Source: Octopus vulgaris
Taxonomy: Eukaryota
Assembly: GCA_951406725.2 (NCBI GenBank)
Contig: OX597817.1
Span: 133,734,001-133,798,000 of the forward strand
Direction of reading: 5' to 3'
Length of the DNA stretch: 64,000 bases
Shown piece by piece: positions 39,678-52,190 of this stretch. Made by a program: the position numbers and the translations under genes. The notes below the pieces were generated by a model. The model saw only the letters and a program-made list of their open reading frames with translations, was not told where the DNA came from and did no database searches. Numbering within the stretch: position 1 is the stretch's first letter; each line of letters opens with the position of its first letter.

Positions 39678-40045
39678 GAGGATGATTCAAAAGTCTCCAT
39701 ACATAGGAAAATTTTTTTTATAAAAAACACTTTATAAGATCCCCTAGATTCCCTGATCTGACCCCTTTTGGCTTCTATCTTTGGGGCCATTTGAAAGGCA
39801 TAGTGTATTGCGGAAAGATAAAAGACATAAATCATTTGAAGGAACGCATCACCAACTCCTTTGCACGCGTATCACCAGATGTGCCATTATGAGTTCACAA
39901 TGAGTGGGGTAAATGTATTGCAATGTGTATTCAAAACAATGGTAACCATGTAGAGCCTGTTAAATAAAAAAGAAACTGTACTTATAAACTCTTTCTTATA
40001 AAAAGATAAATTGTTCCTATGTATGGTGACCTTTGAATCACCCTT
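39676..40045 (+). mobile_element. Non-autonomous Tc1/mariner element retaining a rosa(DD41D)-like transposase C-terminus
   Basis: TIRs cagaggatgattcaaaagtctccatacatagg and cctatgtatggtgacctttgaatcaccctt; internal PRFPDLTPFGFYLWGHLKGIVY...INHLKERI...CIQNNGNHVEPV*. Subfamily assignment is tentative. Confidence 0.85.
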
Positions 40046-40539
40046 TATATATATATGTATGTATGTATATACGTATATGTGTGTGAGTGTATTACAAGTT
40101 CCCAGTTCTGACTGACTTCAACCCTACAGCACAGAACCTTAGGCAAATATAGCATATGGTCAGTTTAAGCTAACTTATAGCCTGATTAACTGAAACTGCA
40201 TGGAAGCTTGTTGTGTATATATTCACTTTTACCTCACAGCTTTGTCCACTTCTACCTTCATACTTCCATGCTCTTCTCACACACACATACACTCTCACAA
40301 ATGACACTTGTACACACATACATACACCTCAAGAAAAACCACATGCTCCTTCCCCCACCTCTATGCTCATCTCAAACCGGAAACACTCCTATACATGCAT
40401 ATGCTCACACACACCCTCTCCACTCATCTTATATCCTCTCCATTGAAGCACATTCCCACTTCACTGAAAACCCTTACCTATTTTTTGTTTCTTCTTTTTT
40501 TCTCAACTACTGATGCTGTTTCTCACCCTTTCTATGCTT

Positions 40540-40575
40540 TTCTCTGATGAAGAACTAATGTCCAAAATGTTAAGA
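40540..40575 (+). ncRNA. Degenerate minimal hammerhead-ribozyme-like motif (probable Penelope-like element tail)
   Basis: tct-CTGATGA-a-gaac-taat-gtcc-AAAA-tgtt-a-aga; the GAAACG position differs by CpG-type transitions and stem II has one mismatch. Confidence 0.4.
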
Positions 40576-40777
40576 TTCTTTGCTTTCAAACATTAAACTA
40601 ATACATTTTATGTTAACAATTGTACTTCTTTTGTTGTCTCATTATGTTTTGGTTTTGTTTATTGCATATACATATAAATAGTTGTGTGTGTGCATATATA
40701 CACATACACACACACACTGTTTATTTGTAGTATTTTAGCCTTGTATTTTTGTATTTGAGTATATATCTCTCTCTCTT

Positions 40778-40840
<63 letters not shown>

Positions 40841-43496
40841 ACCATTCTCTCATATTTAATGTTATTCCCTGGTGCATTACAGATAATTCCAGAGTGCCAC
40901 TGCTACCTGACTGCTATTTGTAGCCTTAATCAAATAAGAGATATATTTCCCCCTGGGTTGGACACCTGTCTAATACAAATAACTTCCCAAGAAAAGCCAG
41001 ATATCTATTTCATCATCATGTCTAACTGACACAGATGTTCAACTAATTATTCTGTTTTGAGTCACAACAAAATATCTAAAGTGGATTTCTATTCCACTAG
41101 AGTACCTCTGGAATTGGTTAGCCAGTCACTTGCCTTATCGCTTCATTTGTATTGTAAGAACACATATACATGTCTGATAACAGTGTGGTTTCTCAGTACA
41201 TTTAATAGCTATCATTTATTCCTTCAAAGTTGAGGTTATGTACCTTCACTGCTCAGTTTCAATGATCAGAAACTAGGTTACTGAGTGAGTGAAGCCATAA
41301 ATCCATGCAATCACTGTGCTAGAGGCTGTAGATACTCCATGATGAGATGGATTACGAGAGATCCTACATAACAGTAATAACTATGAGGATAAGAGAGAGC
41401 CTCTATGTGTTTGTACCACCTTCTAAATATAGCAGCCAGATTACTTTTCAATAACATGCTGCTGCTTTAAAAATGGCATTACCAACTGTTTAAGAGCACC
41501 GTGTACAATAAGTTCATATTACTGTTGAAATATACTGCTTTTCGTTCAATTATTTTTTAAAATAATGAACAATTTAGTAAAATAAATTAGTTATTATTAA
41601 GCTGTTGTTTGAAACAAATTCACATGGAATTCCTATGAAAGGTTTTGATTTAGATATAGATAGGACTTTTGTATCATAGGAGTTGGGTTGTCTCAAGTTG
41701 GTTGGTATCACAAAGGGTAATGCAATGGTGTATATGCTTTATGACTGAATAAGAGGTGAGACAGCCCATGGCTGGCAAATCTTTTATCATGACCTGCTCA
41801 ATCAGGGCTCACCTGGACTGGCGTTTCTTTGTAGTATTCTGGCCTCCTAGAAATAGCAGTGACAGCTTGAAATTATACTCAACTGTCTCAAAAATTTATT
41901 TCTAGAAACTTCTGAAAGAACAGACTGCTCATGGCAGGAATGACTTTGATCACAAGACTGCGTAATTAGGGCTGAACTAGAACTTCATTATTTTGAATTT
42001 AATGAGACCAGCAGATGACAGAATCAGTAGAGTGTTTGGTTACAGACATTTATGTCCAAATTCAAATCTTGCCAAGCTTATTTCTCCCTGTCAACCTTCC
42101 ACAGGATGATCAGTTCAGGACTTATATATTTTCTAGTAACATGTTTGGTTCTGTATCAGTGTTTAGGATTGTTATATAATTTTTTACAAATTTGCACACA
42201 CACACACATACATCTTATGTCCTAGTAGAGTATAAAGGTAGGGTATTTCCAGAGAGGCACTCAACCTGAGTTCTGGGCAATCAACACTGTTGGATTCCAG
42301 ACTAATGCTGAAATTCTTCAAGTGTAAAAAATCCTGGTTTCATGACTGTAAAACTGTTGTGCGGGTGTGGCAAAGAGTAAATTATAGGATATATATATAT
42401 ATACATGCATATTATATGTGTATGTTATGTACACCATATAAGTTAACTGTTTATGTGTATGTGTATATACATATATAAAAACCATATAATGAATTTACTA
42501 ATTATGTGTATGTGCTTATGTAATATATATTGTAATATATATATATATCGCAAATTAACTGATTATAAAAATATATATTGTATAAACTATATTACCAATT
42601 AACTAATTTATATATCAACCATATATTAAAAAATTAAATCAATAAATAAATAAACAAGTAGAATGTTTGAAGCAAGAACTAAGCTACCTAATACACGTTT
42701 TGATATTTAAATAGCTACAGAATGTGTTCAATACTGGAAATGGTGTTAAGAAAAGTGACTTTCCACAGAATAATAAATTAAGCTAATGGAACACACACAC
42801 CGAAAAAAAAATACATACATATATATATATATATATACTCTCTCTCTTTTACTCTTTTACTCTTTTTTATATATATATATATCTTAGAAATAAAATAAAA
42901 ACTAACATTTATTTGTCTCTTTTTTTTCTCCACTTACTTCACTTTACATTAATGCCTTTACTTTGCTTTGTGTGTGTTTGTATTTGTGTGTGTGTGTGTG
43001 TGTATATGCACTACCACATATATATATGCATTCACACAAACAACTTCTCAGACACTGACAATGTAGTTGTGTGTGGATTTCTATTCATACACACATGCAT
43101 ATATACATATATACATACATACACACGTACATACAGTGTATATCTATGTGCTTTTGTTCATGGATGTGTTTAAATATATTACTGATTAAGTTTTTGAGTT
43201 TATAGAAAGCTATATGTATCTGCATACATATATATGCATACACATATACACCCACACACACTGCCTATATACTTAGATATTTGATTTTCTATATTGTTCT
43301 ATAGAGATTGACTTATACAGTTAAAAGGTAAAAATAATCAATTTTAGAAAACTCTTGAAAACTTTATACTTAGTGAAATATATAAAAAATTGTTTACACA
43401 TTAAAGGAAGATAAGTGTGTGTGTGTGTGTGTATGTGTGTGTGTGATTATACACACACACATACATGTACTGCCCAGAAATGAGTTAATATATGTG

Positions 43497-43554
<58 letters not shown>

Positions 43555-43557
<3 letters not shown>

Positions 43558-43696
43558 GTAAATGTAATTTGCGACAATTATTCGGTAGCCATGATAAAAC
43601 TCCGAGTTTTGGATGTCAGAGCGGAATCCGATGGCCAACCCAACACTCGGAGTTTTATCATGGCTACCAAATAATTGTCACATATTACATTTACAG

Positions 43697-43697
<1 letters not shown>
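43555..43697. repeat. Long inverted repeat (about 58-bp arms, 4 mismatches) inside (TA)n
   Basis: tctgtaaatgtaatttgcgacaattattcggtagccatgataaaactccgagt versus actcggagttttatcatggctaccaaataattgtcacatattacatttacaga. Confidence 0.95.
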
Positions 43698-43728
<31 letters not shown>

Positions 43729-43739
43729 TCTTTAGTATA

Positions 43740-44136
43740 ATCGGTTCTGAGTTCAGTCCCACTGCATGGCATCTTGGGCAAGTATCTTCTGCTATAGTTA
43801 TAATCTTGGGCTGACCAAAGCCTTGTGAGTGGATCCGGTAGATGGAAATGGAAAGAAGCCCGTTGTATATGTGTGTGTGTGTATATATATATATATCATC
43901 ATCATCATCGTTTAACGTCTGTTTTCCATGCTGGCATGGATTGGACAGTTTGACTGGGGACTGATCTAACAAGGCTTCTACAGCTGGATGCCCTCCTAAC
44001 GTCACCCACTCTGAGAGTGTAGTGGGTGATTTTTATGTGCTACTGGCACAGGAGCCAGTCAGGTGGCACTGGCATTGGCCACGTTCAGATGGTGCTTTTT
44101 ACGTGCTACCGGCATGGGGAGCCAGTCAGGCAGCAC
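43740..44136. mobile_element. SINE A 5' part (+, 43740-43875) followed by SINE B (-, 43895-44136)
   Basis: Family motifs as in other copies; same arrangement as 890-1456. Confidence 0.8.
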
Positions 44137-44175
44137 TTTTTATATGCAGACACATACATACACAACTGTTTGTTA

Positions 44176-44209
<34 letters not shown>

Positions 44210-45262
44210 ATGTTTTTATATTAATAAATATATAAACAATTAAATACAAGGATGACCCAATACTTTTTAGTAGGGTACGTTTCTTGAACTTCAAAATCAT
44301 GGTCTGACTTCTTGTGTGTGTGTGTGTGTGCCTATATGTGTGTCTACGTGCACGCACACACACACACACATTTATTTATATTAAGACTTTATTTTTTTAT
44401 TTCCAGTGATGTGTCATGGCATTGGGGGAAATTCTTGACTTAAAATTTCAATGCCAATAATGATTGTCTTCCCTTTTCCCCATCTTCTATTATGGTTGAA
44501 TTAGATTTTTATGAATTTCTGTTGATTTATTTCTTGCTTCAACTAGTATTTTGTTTTCTTGCTTATGTTTTTTTTTTTTGGTACATTTTTGTTTCAAGCT
44601 TATTTCATTTCCTATCAGTAATCACCAAGCTGTGAAATGAAATTGACACCTATTTTCATCAAGTCATGATAAACAGAGTGAAATGTGCAATGACTATAGC
44701 GAAATTTGAACTCATAACCTTGCTGTCTCCAGTTCAGTAATTTTACCATATAATTCTCTGTCTTTTAATGCATTATTTATTTATTTATTTAGCCTGTTTT
44801 AATTATTAGAATATCAGGCATGTTGAGTGTGTGAGTTTGTCCACCTGTGGAGTATAATTTTCTATCCTTTAGTATTTCACTTAACTCTGCTTAGAAAATA
44901 TAAAATAATTAGTGATATAATTAAGTATAATTAGAGGCCCAATTATACATGTAATGATTTAATAAATACAAAATCCAATACATTTTATTTTTCCATTAGA
45001 GGGGCTCAGCTTAACTATTTATTTTATTTGCTTGTATCTCTAACAGAGTATTTTTTACCCCTGTTAAACAAATAATTTTGGTGGATCAGAGCTTTTTGCT
45101 GCAGTCTTACTGCACAACAAACATTGAGTTATCCAGTATCTTGGTGGACAGAACTAGTGAAAATGCTCATAAATTCATAGTGGTGGTGGTAGCGGTGGCG
45201 GCAGCGGCAGCAATGGTGCTGATGATGATGATATTTATGTATTTAGACAAATCACAGCCAAG

Positions 45263-45474
45263 TTGACCCTTCAGAATTTCAACTGGCCATATTTGTTTAA
45301 TGTTCAAATTGGCCAGAATCAGTCCCCCACACTTGCCCTACAATGTTTCTCTAAAAGTAAGCAATCACATCACCAAAATTTCAAAGCTAATGAGATAATG
45401 CATGAATTATTGAAAAAAAATGTGAATTAATAAGCATATCGTTTGACAGAGTAATCTGAATGCTAAATGGTTAA
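45263..45474. mobile_element. piggyBac-like MITE
   Basis: ttga-cccttcagaatt ... aatgctaaatgg-ttaa: decayed TTAA-CCC/GGG-TTAA ends. Confidence 0.55.
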
Positions 45475-45814
45475 GAATGAGTATGTTGTCATAATTATAA
45501 TTTAATCACTTTACCAGGATGATACTAGTACTGTGGTAAACAGCATTGACTAAAACCATTTGGTGCCAGATATGGCCACAGTCCTTTGACTGAAACCAAT
45601 AAAATATACACACACATGTGTGTGTTCATAAATGTATGAACACCTACATATAATGCAGACATTAGAACTTTACACAGTCCTCTGACTCAATCGTTTCAGT
45701 CAAGCTATTTGGTGCATGTCAGTATGGAAGCTGGATACTAAATGATGATGATGATGATAATTATATCTATGCCTGGCATTTGTGTTTGTGCATGTATGTG
45801 TGTATATGTATATG

Positions 45815-45858
<44 letters not shown>

Positions 45859-45889
45859 ACTATGGATATGCCAAAACTTTTTTAAAATT

Positions 45890-45997
45890 TATGTAGTCGT
45901 TTTTCAGTAATTCTAGCCTCCTATTAGATGTGTTTCTGACTCTAGTCAGAAACACATCTAATAGGAGGCTAGAATTACTGAAAAAAACGACTACATA
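45890..45997. repeat. Near-perfect palindrome (about 52-bp arms, 2-nt spacer)
   Basis: tatgtagtcgtttttcagtaattctagcctcctattagatgtgtttctgact-ct-agtcagaaacacatctaataggaggctagaattactgaaaaaaacgactacata; only a T5/A7 run differs. Confidence 0.97.
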
Positions 45998-46049
<52 letters not shown>

Positions 46050-46175
46050 GTGTGTGTGTGTATGTGTTTGTATGTATATACATACATGCTCACACACACA
46101 TTTGTTTAGTGCAGTTATGTATGCCATAGAAATGCTCCAGTATGTGAAGCCTCAGTGATCAAATACATAAATACA

Positions 46176-46443
46176 TCGATGCCTGTGCTGCCGGACTCGC
46201 TCCTGTGTAGGTAGCACGTAAAAACCACCTTTTGAACGTGGTTGTTGCCAGAACCGCCAGTGGCACGTAAAAGCACCCACTACACTCTTGAGTGGTTGGC
46301 ATTAGGAAGGGCATCCAGCTGTAGAAACTTTGCCAGATCACATTGGAGCCTGGTGCAGCCTTCTGGCTCACCAGTCCTCAGTCAAACCGTCCAACCCATG
46401 CCAGCATGGAAAGCGGACGTTAAACGATGATGATGATGATGAT
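46176..46443 (+). mobile_element. SINE family B, young-looking copy
   Basis: ccgtccaacccatgccagcatggaaagcggacgttaaacgatgatgatg intact. Confidence 0.9.
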
Positions 46444-46659
46444 CTAAAATCCCCAATTAATGTCTTAACCTTGAAAAAAAATTTCTGAAATACCTCCATA
46501 AAAAAGGCAAATGAAAATCGATACAAAAAAAAAAAGGAAACAATTGGACACAGTTTTATGAGTTTATTGACTTGCATCAGCATGTGACCAAATTAAAAAA
46601 AATTAAAAATTCAATGTTTCCAGTGCTTTTTATAATCATTTTAAAAGCGATTTTTTTTT

Positions 46660-47420
46660 ATCTTCCTTATTTTTCTATTCTCTACGTGACTCCATAGGAG
46701 CTGAGTGCATTTTCAACTTGTCTTTTTACTTGTATAGCTGCCTCTCTCTCTCTCTCTCTCTCTCTCCTTTTCTCTTTCTCTTCTACTCTGCATTCATTAT
46801 CATCTGTTTTCTGTCTTCAAAAATTCTAAAAATAGTACCGAGTTCTTTAACTGCAAATTCTTTCATTTGCTTCTCACCCTCATCTGCTCCATTTTGGCAA
46901 TCATCATCATATGCATGATGCTGCTCTAAACTTAAAAATATCTTCATCCTTGAGGACCACATCATGGGAGTCATGCTATTCTCTGACAATCCCATCATTT
47001 ATTCTAGACATTCCCAGGTGTAAACAGCCTTTCTAACATCAGATTGTAATTTTTGTTTTTTTGCCAAATAAATTTTTATTAAACATTCATTTCCTAAACA
47101 ATCTTGTTTCATCAGCATTTATAATTTGTTAATGAAAATAATCACCGTCTTCAATAATATATTTCATTTCAACATGACATCTGGCAGTTACATTACCATC
47201 CGCACTTGCACATTTCCTTACAGTTTTAACGTTATGAATTCCAGATGGTTTTCTAAACCTGTTGCACTGTCTAAACAATGATTTGTTAGTTTTCATTTCA
47301 CTTTTATTATCTTCTGTCTGTTTTCTTTGGATCACTGCAAATAGGTACATGTGCCATGTACCACAATAAATCGAATTCTCATATACACTTCTTGAAATTG
47401 CAATACAAACTGCCAACTGC
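46660..47420 (-). mobile_element. Tigger/pogo transposase fossil, internally deleted
   Basis: NRFRKPSGIHNVKTVRKCASAD...YIIEDGDYFH*QIINADETRLFRK (pogo xNxDETGL motif) joined to a Tigger-like C-terminus SHDVVLKDED/LSLEQ...KEFAVKELGTIF...QVKRQVENALSSY; interrupted by (CT)n. Confidence 0.8.
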
Positions 47421-47666
47421 ACAGACAAAAATTGAGAATTGTAATATTCACACTCATATGCATATAACCATCTATGCTATATATGCACTGTGGCTGGGTA
47501 AGATACTGCAATTTGCATTCAAGCTAAAATATCTTATAGATGTGCTGTGTTAAAAAGCACAGTATATATATCAGAGGAAGATGATGAAACTTCTTGGCAG
47601 TTGCTGGCAATAACTATTCAATCTAATACTCTTTTAACTGCATACACATATGCTACTTATATTTAT

Positions 47667-47739
<73 letters not shown>

Positions 47740-47924
47740 TTGCATTGTTCTGTGGTGAAGACATTTATTTCATAACCTTGTTGCTTCGGGTTCAGCTCCT
47801 CTGTGTAGCATCTTACATAAGTGATTTCTGCTGTAGCTCCAGAATGACCAATGCATTGTAAGGGAAACTTGGTTGATGGAGACTGAAAGAAGCCCATCTT
47901 GTGTGTGTGTGTATGTATGCATAC

Positions 47925-48215
47925 TCCCTGGAGAAGATGAGCTGTGAACTTTATTTTCCTGCCTGTATTCTTCTTTCTACTGTTTTATTTGTTTATAAAC
48001 TGTGAATTCCATGTCTAGAATTTCATACATACCTTGTCTCTAATGACCCAGTGTTTGAAGATGCTAGCCTATAACTTGGGATATCCCAGAAACAGCTGTT
48101 AGACATCCAATAATTCATTAATCACTTCAAATTCACCTTACTCTAATTAAATATTCTAAATAACTTGAGACACCTGTCCTGCCTTGGCCTTTGTTGTCCT
48201 TTTACCTCTAATATA
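47925..48215 (+). mobile_element. Probable Penelope-like 3' tail with hammerhead-like remnant
   Basis: tgtct-CTAATGA...tgggatatccca-GAAA-cagctg-T-T-agaca at 48035-48105; no coding sequence seen. Confidence 0.35.
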
Positions 48216-49229
48216 TACCTGCTAACTCGGAAACCTACTAAAAGTCCCTAGCTCCAGCCTCAGTTGTGAACTTGGAACATAATGTTTGACCAATTATAGC
48301 ACTTACACAGTGTACCTATTTGTTTAGATCACCAGTGAACTAAAATCCTCATATCATTTGTGTGTGTGTACGCATATCTATATGAATGCTTATGAAAGTA
48401 TGCTGAGCTACAGCCCCAAACGTTGGTACCACCATTTGTAGCTAAAATCATTGATGTTTGTTTTAATTTCTTAACAGCAAAGCATCCATTGGTTCTGTGC
48501 TTTTGAATTCTAAATGAACAAAGACTCCCCTCTTGTTGGGGATGATTGGTAACAGGAAGAACATCTGGCAGTAAAAATCCTAATCAGTTACCTTCCTTCT
48601 AACCAAAGGTAGCAAGTTAAAATAGGCATTAAACAAAATGAATAGGCAATCTATTTGTGATTTTTATTTTGCTTGTGGAGCTGTGGAAGAGTTCAGGCCT
48701 AAAAAGACAAAGAAACTTGCAGCCAACATATGGACTTTTTGACACTCTACTAGAGCAGTAATGAGCCATCAAACCCATACCAGCATGGTATGCATACAGT
48801 ATTCTGTTATAAATACCAATGCTTTACTACTGCATGTTACATGTTCTAAATGTAAAGATACAGTCATGTGCATGACTTTAAAAGAAAATTCTAAATGTGT
48901 TATATATATATATATATCACATTCACACACACACATATATATATATCTACTTATACACACACGCACACACAAATATGTATGTACACACACCTACACACAG
49001 CTATACATATACGTATATATATATATAGCTATTCACATCCAGATATAAAGAGATTGATGATTCATTGCTACTTCTGTCACTTCTACACTTATCTTCCATT
49101 CATGCATCAATACTGCATGGTGGGGGCACAACTGCTGCAGCTATTGATTAAGTGTAAGCAAAGATGATGCATCATATCTTACAGTTAAACATGCATATCA
49201 GAGTAGAGTGTAGTACACTAACTTTGAAT

Positions 49230-49290
49230 ATACATAGATACATACATACATATATATATACACATATATATATACATACATATATATATG

Positions 49291-49354
<64 letters not shown>

Positions 49355-49527
49355 AATGTTTGTAAGCATGTATAAGTGTATATGTCTGTGTTTGTGTGTA
49401 TATATATATATATATAATCTTTTATTAAATTCTCTCAACCTGAAAGACTTAATTCTATGCTATTTCCACCTCCATCTTTTTTATATATAAAAATTTGATT
49501 TGTATAGATCTCTAATCTTTTATCCAC

Positions 49528-49559
<32 letters not shown>

Positions 49560-49655
49560 TGTATGTATGTATGTATGTATGTATGTATGTATGTATGTAT
49601 GTATATATGTATGTATGTATGTGTGTATGTATGTATATATGGCGGGAGTGGGGCA

Positions 49656-49690
<35 letters not shown>
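49230..49690. repeat. (TA)n and (ATGT)n microsatellite cluster
   Basis: Direct reading. Confidence 0.95.
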
Positions 49691-49694
<4 letters not shown>

Positions 49695-50206
49695 GGTTAA
49701 TTTTCAATTGAAAGTATTTTCAATAATGTAAAATACTAAACTCTCCCTTCTACAATGACTTGACTTTATAGATTTGTACCTGAATATATTGGGGATGAAA
49801 TGAATAATATCTCCCCTTTAACAATGGGATCATATTGATTCACACCACATTTGATATATTGTTGAAGAGCTAGAACAATAATGTCTCCTTTAAATTTATA
49901 GGTTTCAACCAATCCATTATCATCATCATTGTCATTATCATTATCATTACAAATACAAATATATTTTTATGTATGTATTTACATGTATATATATATGAAG
50001 TTTGTAATTATATATATATGTGTGTATGTTTTCAATTTCTGTCAATCAAATCCACTTGCAAGGCTTTGTTTAGCCCAGGTATATAGTAGAAGGCACTCAC
50101 ACAGCATACTGCACAGCAGGACCAAATCCAGCTCCTTGTGGTTAAAAGCAAACTTAAACAGTGATATATGTATGTGTGTGTGGTGTATGATGATTTTTAT
50201 ATATAT

Positions 50207-50239
<33 letters not shown>

Positions 50240-50247
50240 ACCATATG

Positions 50248-50286
<39 letters not shown>

Positions 50287-50396
50287 CCATATATATATAA
50301 CAATGCAGTTGAACTTTACAGAAAAACAAAAGACAAAGACAGGTGTATAAACAACAAATAAGTGTATTAGTTTGATGCTCAGGAAGGTGAGAAAGT

Positions 50397-50432
50397 CTTT
50401 TATATTTCGAGCCTACACTCTTCAACAGAAAG
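50397..50432 (-). ncRNA. Minimal hammerhead-ribozyme-like motif (variant core)
   Basis: Minus strand CTTT-CTGTTGA-A-GAGT-GTAG-GCTC-GAAA-TA-T-A-AAAG: stems I and II pair; core has T at the conserved A6 position. Confidence 0.5.
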
Positions 50433-50464
50433 GATGGATTCACAACCTCTAACTCTCTTTGAAT

Positions 50465-50527
<63 letters not shown>

Positions 50528-51304
50528 CATTCGCACACACACACTCACACTTACCCATATGCTCTACTCTTACATACCTAGAAATGATCTTGTCTATAAT
50601 AATCATCTGTCAACAAGTAATGTCAATATGTTATTGATCAGGTATCTCTAATTATACTTCTTTTATCTGTGTTCTTGAATCTAGCCTGTCTGGTATTCTG
50701 GTAAAAGTAAAAAAGGTATTTAATATCTTAATAATATTTGGGTGTCAAGTGAACAGATTCTGAAATAATAAAACAACACGCATTGAGGACTTCTCCAATT
50801 TTGGAATTTGTCAGCAAAATCTGATTGCTCTCTTACACTAGCTACCTTAAATGTAATACTTAACCAGCCAATCATAGAGCCTCTAAAAGGTTGCTTAAAC
50901 AACTGAAAGCAACAGACAGGTCTTCCCCATGATGTTAAGAAAAAGGAGGCAATAGGTACATTCTAGATCCAAGATACATTTCTGTTGGAATGAAAGATCA
51001 AACACTTATGACTGAGCTATCTTTGATTATTAGTCTGCTCAAACATAGCTGAGCTGAGTTAAACAAATGCAATAACATTTGGGTTTGGCTGTTTACAGAA
51101 GTGAGTCTTGCTGCACTTAATGACTGATCACCTTGAACTGAAGTCAGTATATTATCTTAAAAACTAACCTCTTTACTCTACTGACATTGATGACTTCACA
51201 ATCTGATATTTATGTAATTAAATTTTCATTCCTGATAACAAAGTGTGGTTATTTTTAATTAACATCATAGTGATTATAAGATAAATTGCAGTATATTTCT
51301 TAAT

Positions 51305-51480
51305 TTCATCATCATCATCGTTATTAAGTTTGTTTTCCATGCTGGCAGGGGTTGAATGGCTCAGCAAGATCAAAGGACCAAATCGTGCTTCAGTGTCTTA
51401 GTTGTAGCACAGTTTCTATAGCAACATGCCCTTCCTAACACCAGCCACTTGTACTAGATGCTGTTTTTGTGGCACCAACA
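51305..51480 (-). mobile_element. SINE family B, diverged
   Basis: (cat)n...ttttccatgctggc...atgcccttcctaacaccagccact. Confidence 0.7.
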
Positions 51481-51559
51481 CTGGTGGGGTCACTTTGTAG
51501 CCTGCAAGGCAAAAGAAAGTCTTCATAATGGAGAGAGTAGAGGCTCAGTTATAATGAAA

Positions 51560-52190
51560 TCATTTTGCAACATTAAACAGTTGTCCGTTCTCTTTTATTT
51601 TCTCATTTAGATTTTGCTGGACTCACTTCTAAGCCTGGCTTTATTGATTTTCCATTTAATAGCCACCACTATTTGGACTGTAGAGCTCTGCTTTCTCCTC
51701 CTTCAATCACACAGTTATGAAAATTAAAATTTCATTTCACATGTCTAGTATTTTATTTTCTGTTTCAAATATTATTAATTTACTAACAGCTCTTAATGAA
51801 GCAGAATCACAGGATTTCATTAGTCCTTTAAAACACTTCACTTTGTTTGGACAATTTCAAACTATCGTTTTCATAATCTTTTTACTTTCATATTCTGCAA
51901 ATTTATGTATCTTCTTCTATGCTTCTTCAATGAGCATTCCTGCAACACAAACTAATGCATTTGCTCATAAAATTCCTCAGTAAACTTCCACACACTACAA
52001 GCCTTTGCATTTGCTTACACAATTCTTGAATCAATTTCTTTTACTCAATTACTTTCTCATTTGCCTTACAATCTCATCTAGATTTCCACTTAATCTTTCA
52101 ATCACAATTTTCCCAATCTCAAAATCTAGTTGTTGGTACACAGTTTCTACAGTGGCCTTTTATGGACATGTCTTATCAACAGTTTTTATC
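51560..52190 (-). mobile_element. Highly decayed LINE fossil, possibly RTE-related endonuclease-RT linker
   Basis: Purine-rich minus strand with only fragmentary peptide resemblance (LDFEI, WKF, GQLFNVAK) and many stops. Confidence 0.3.
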
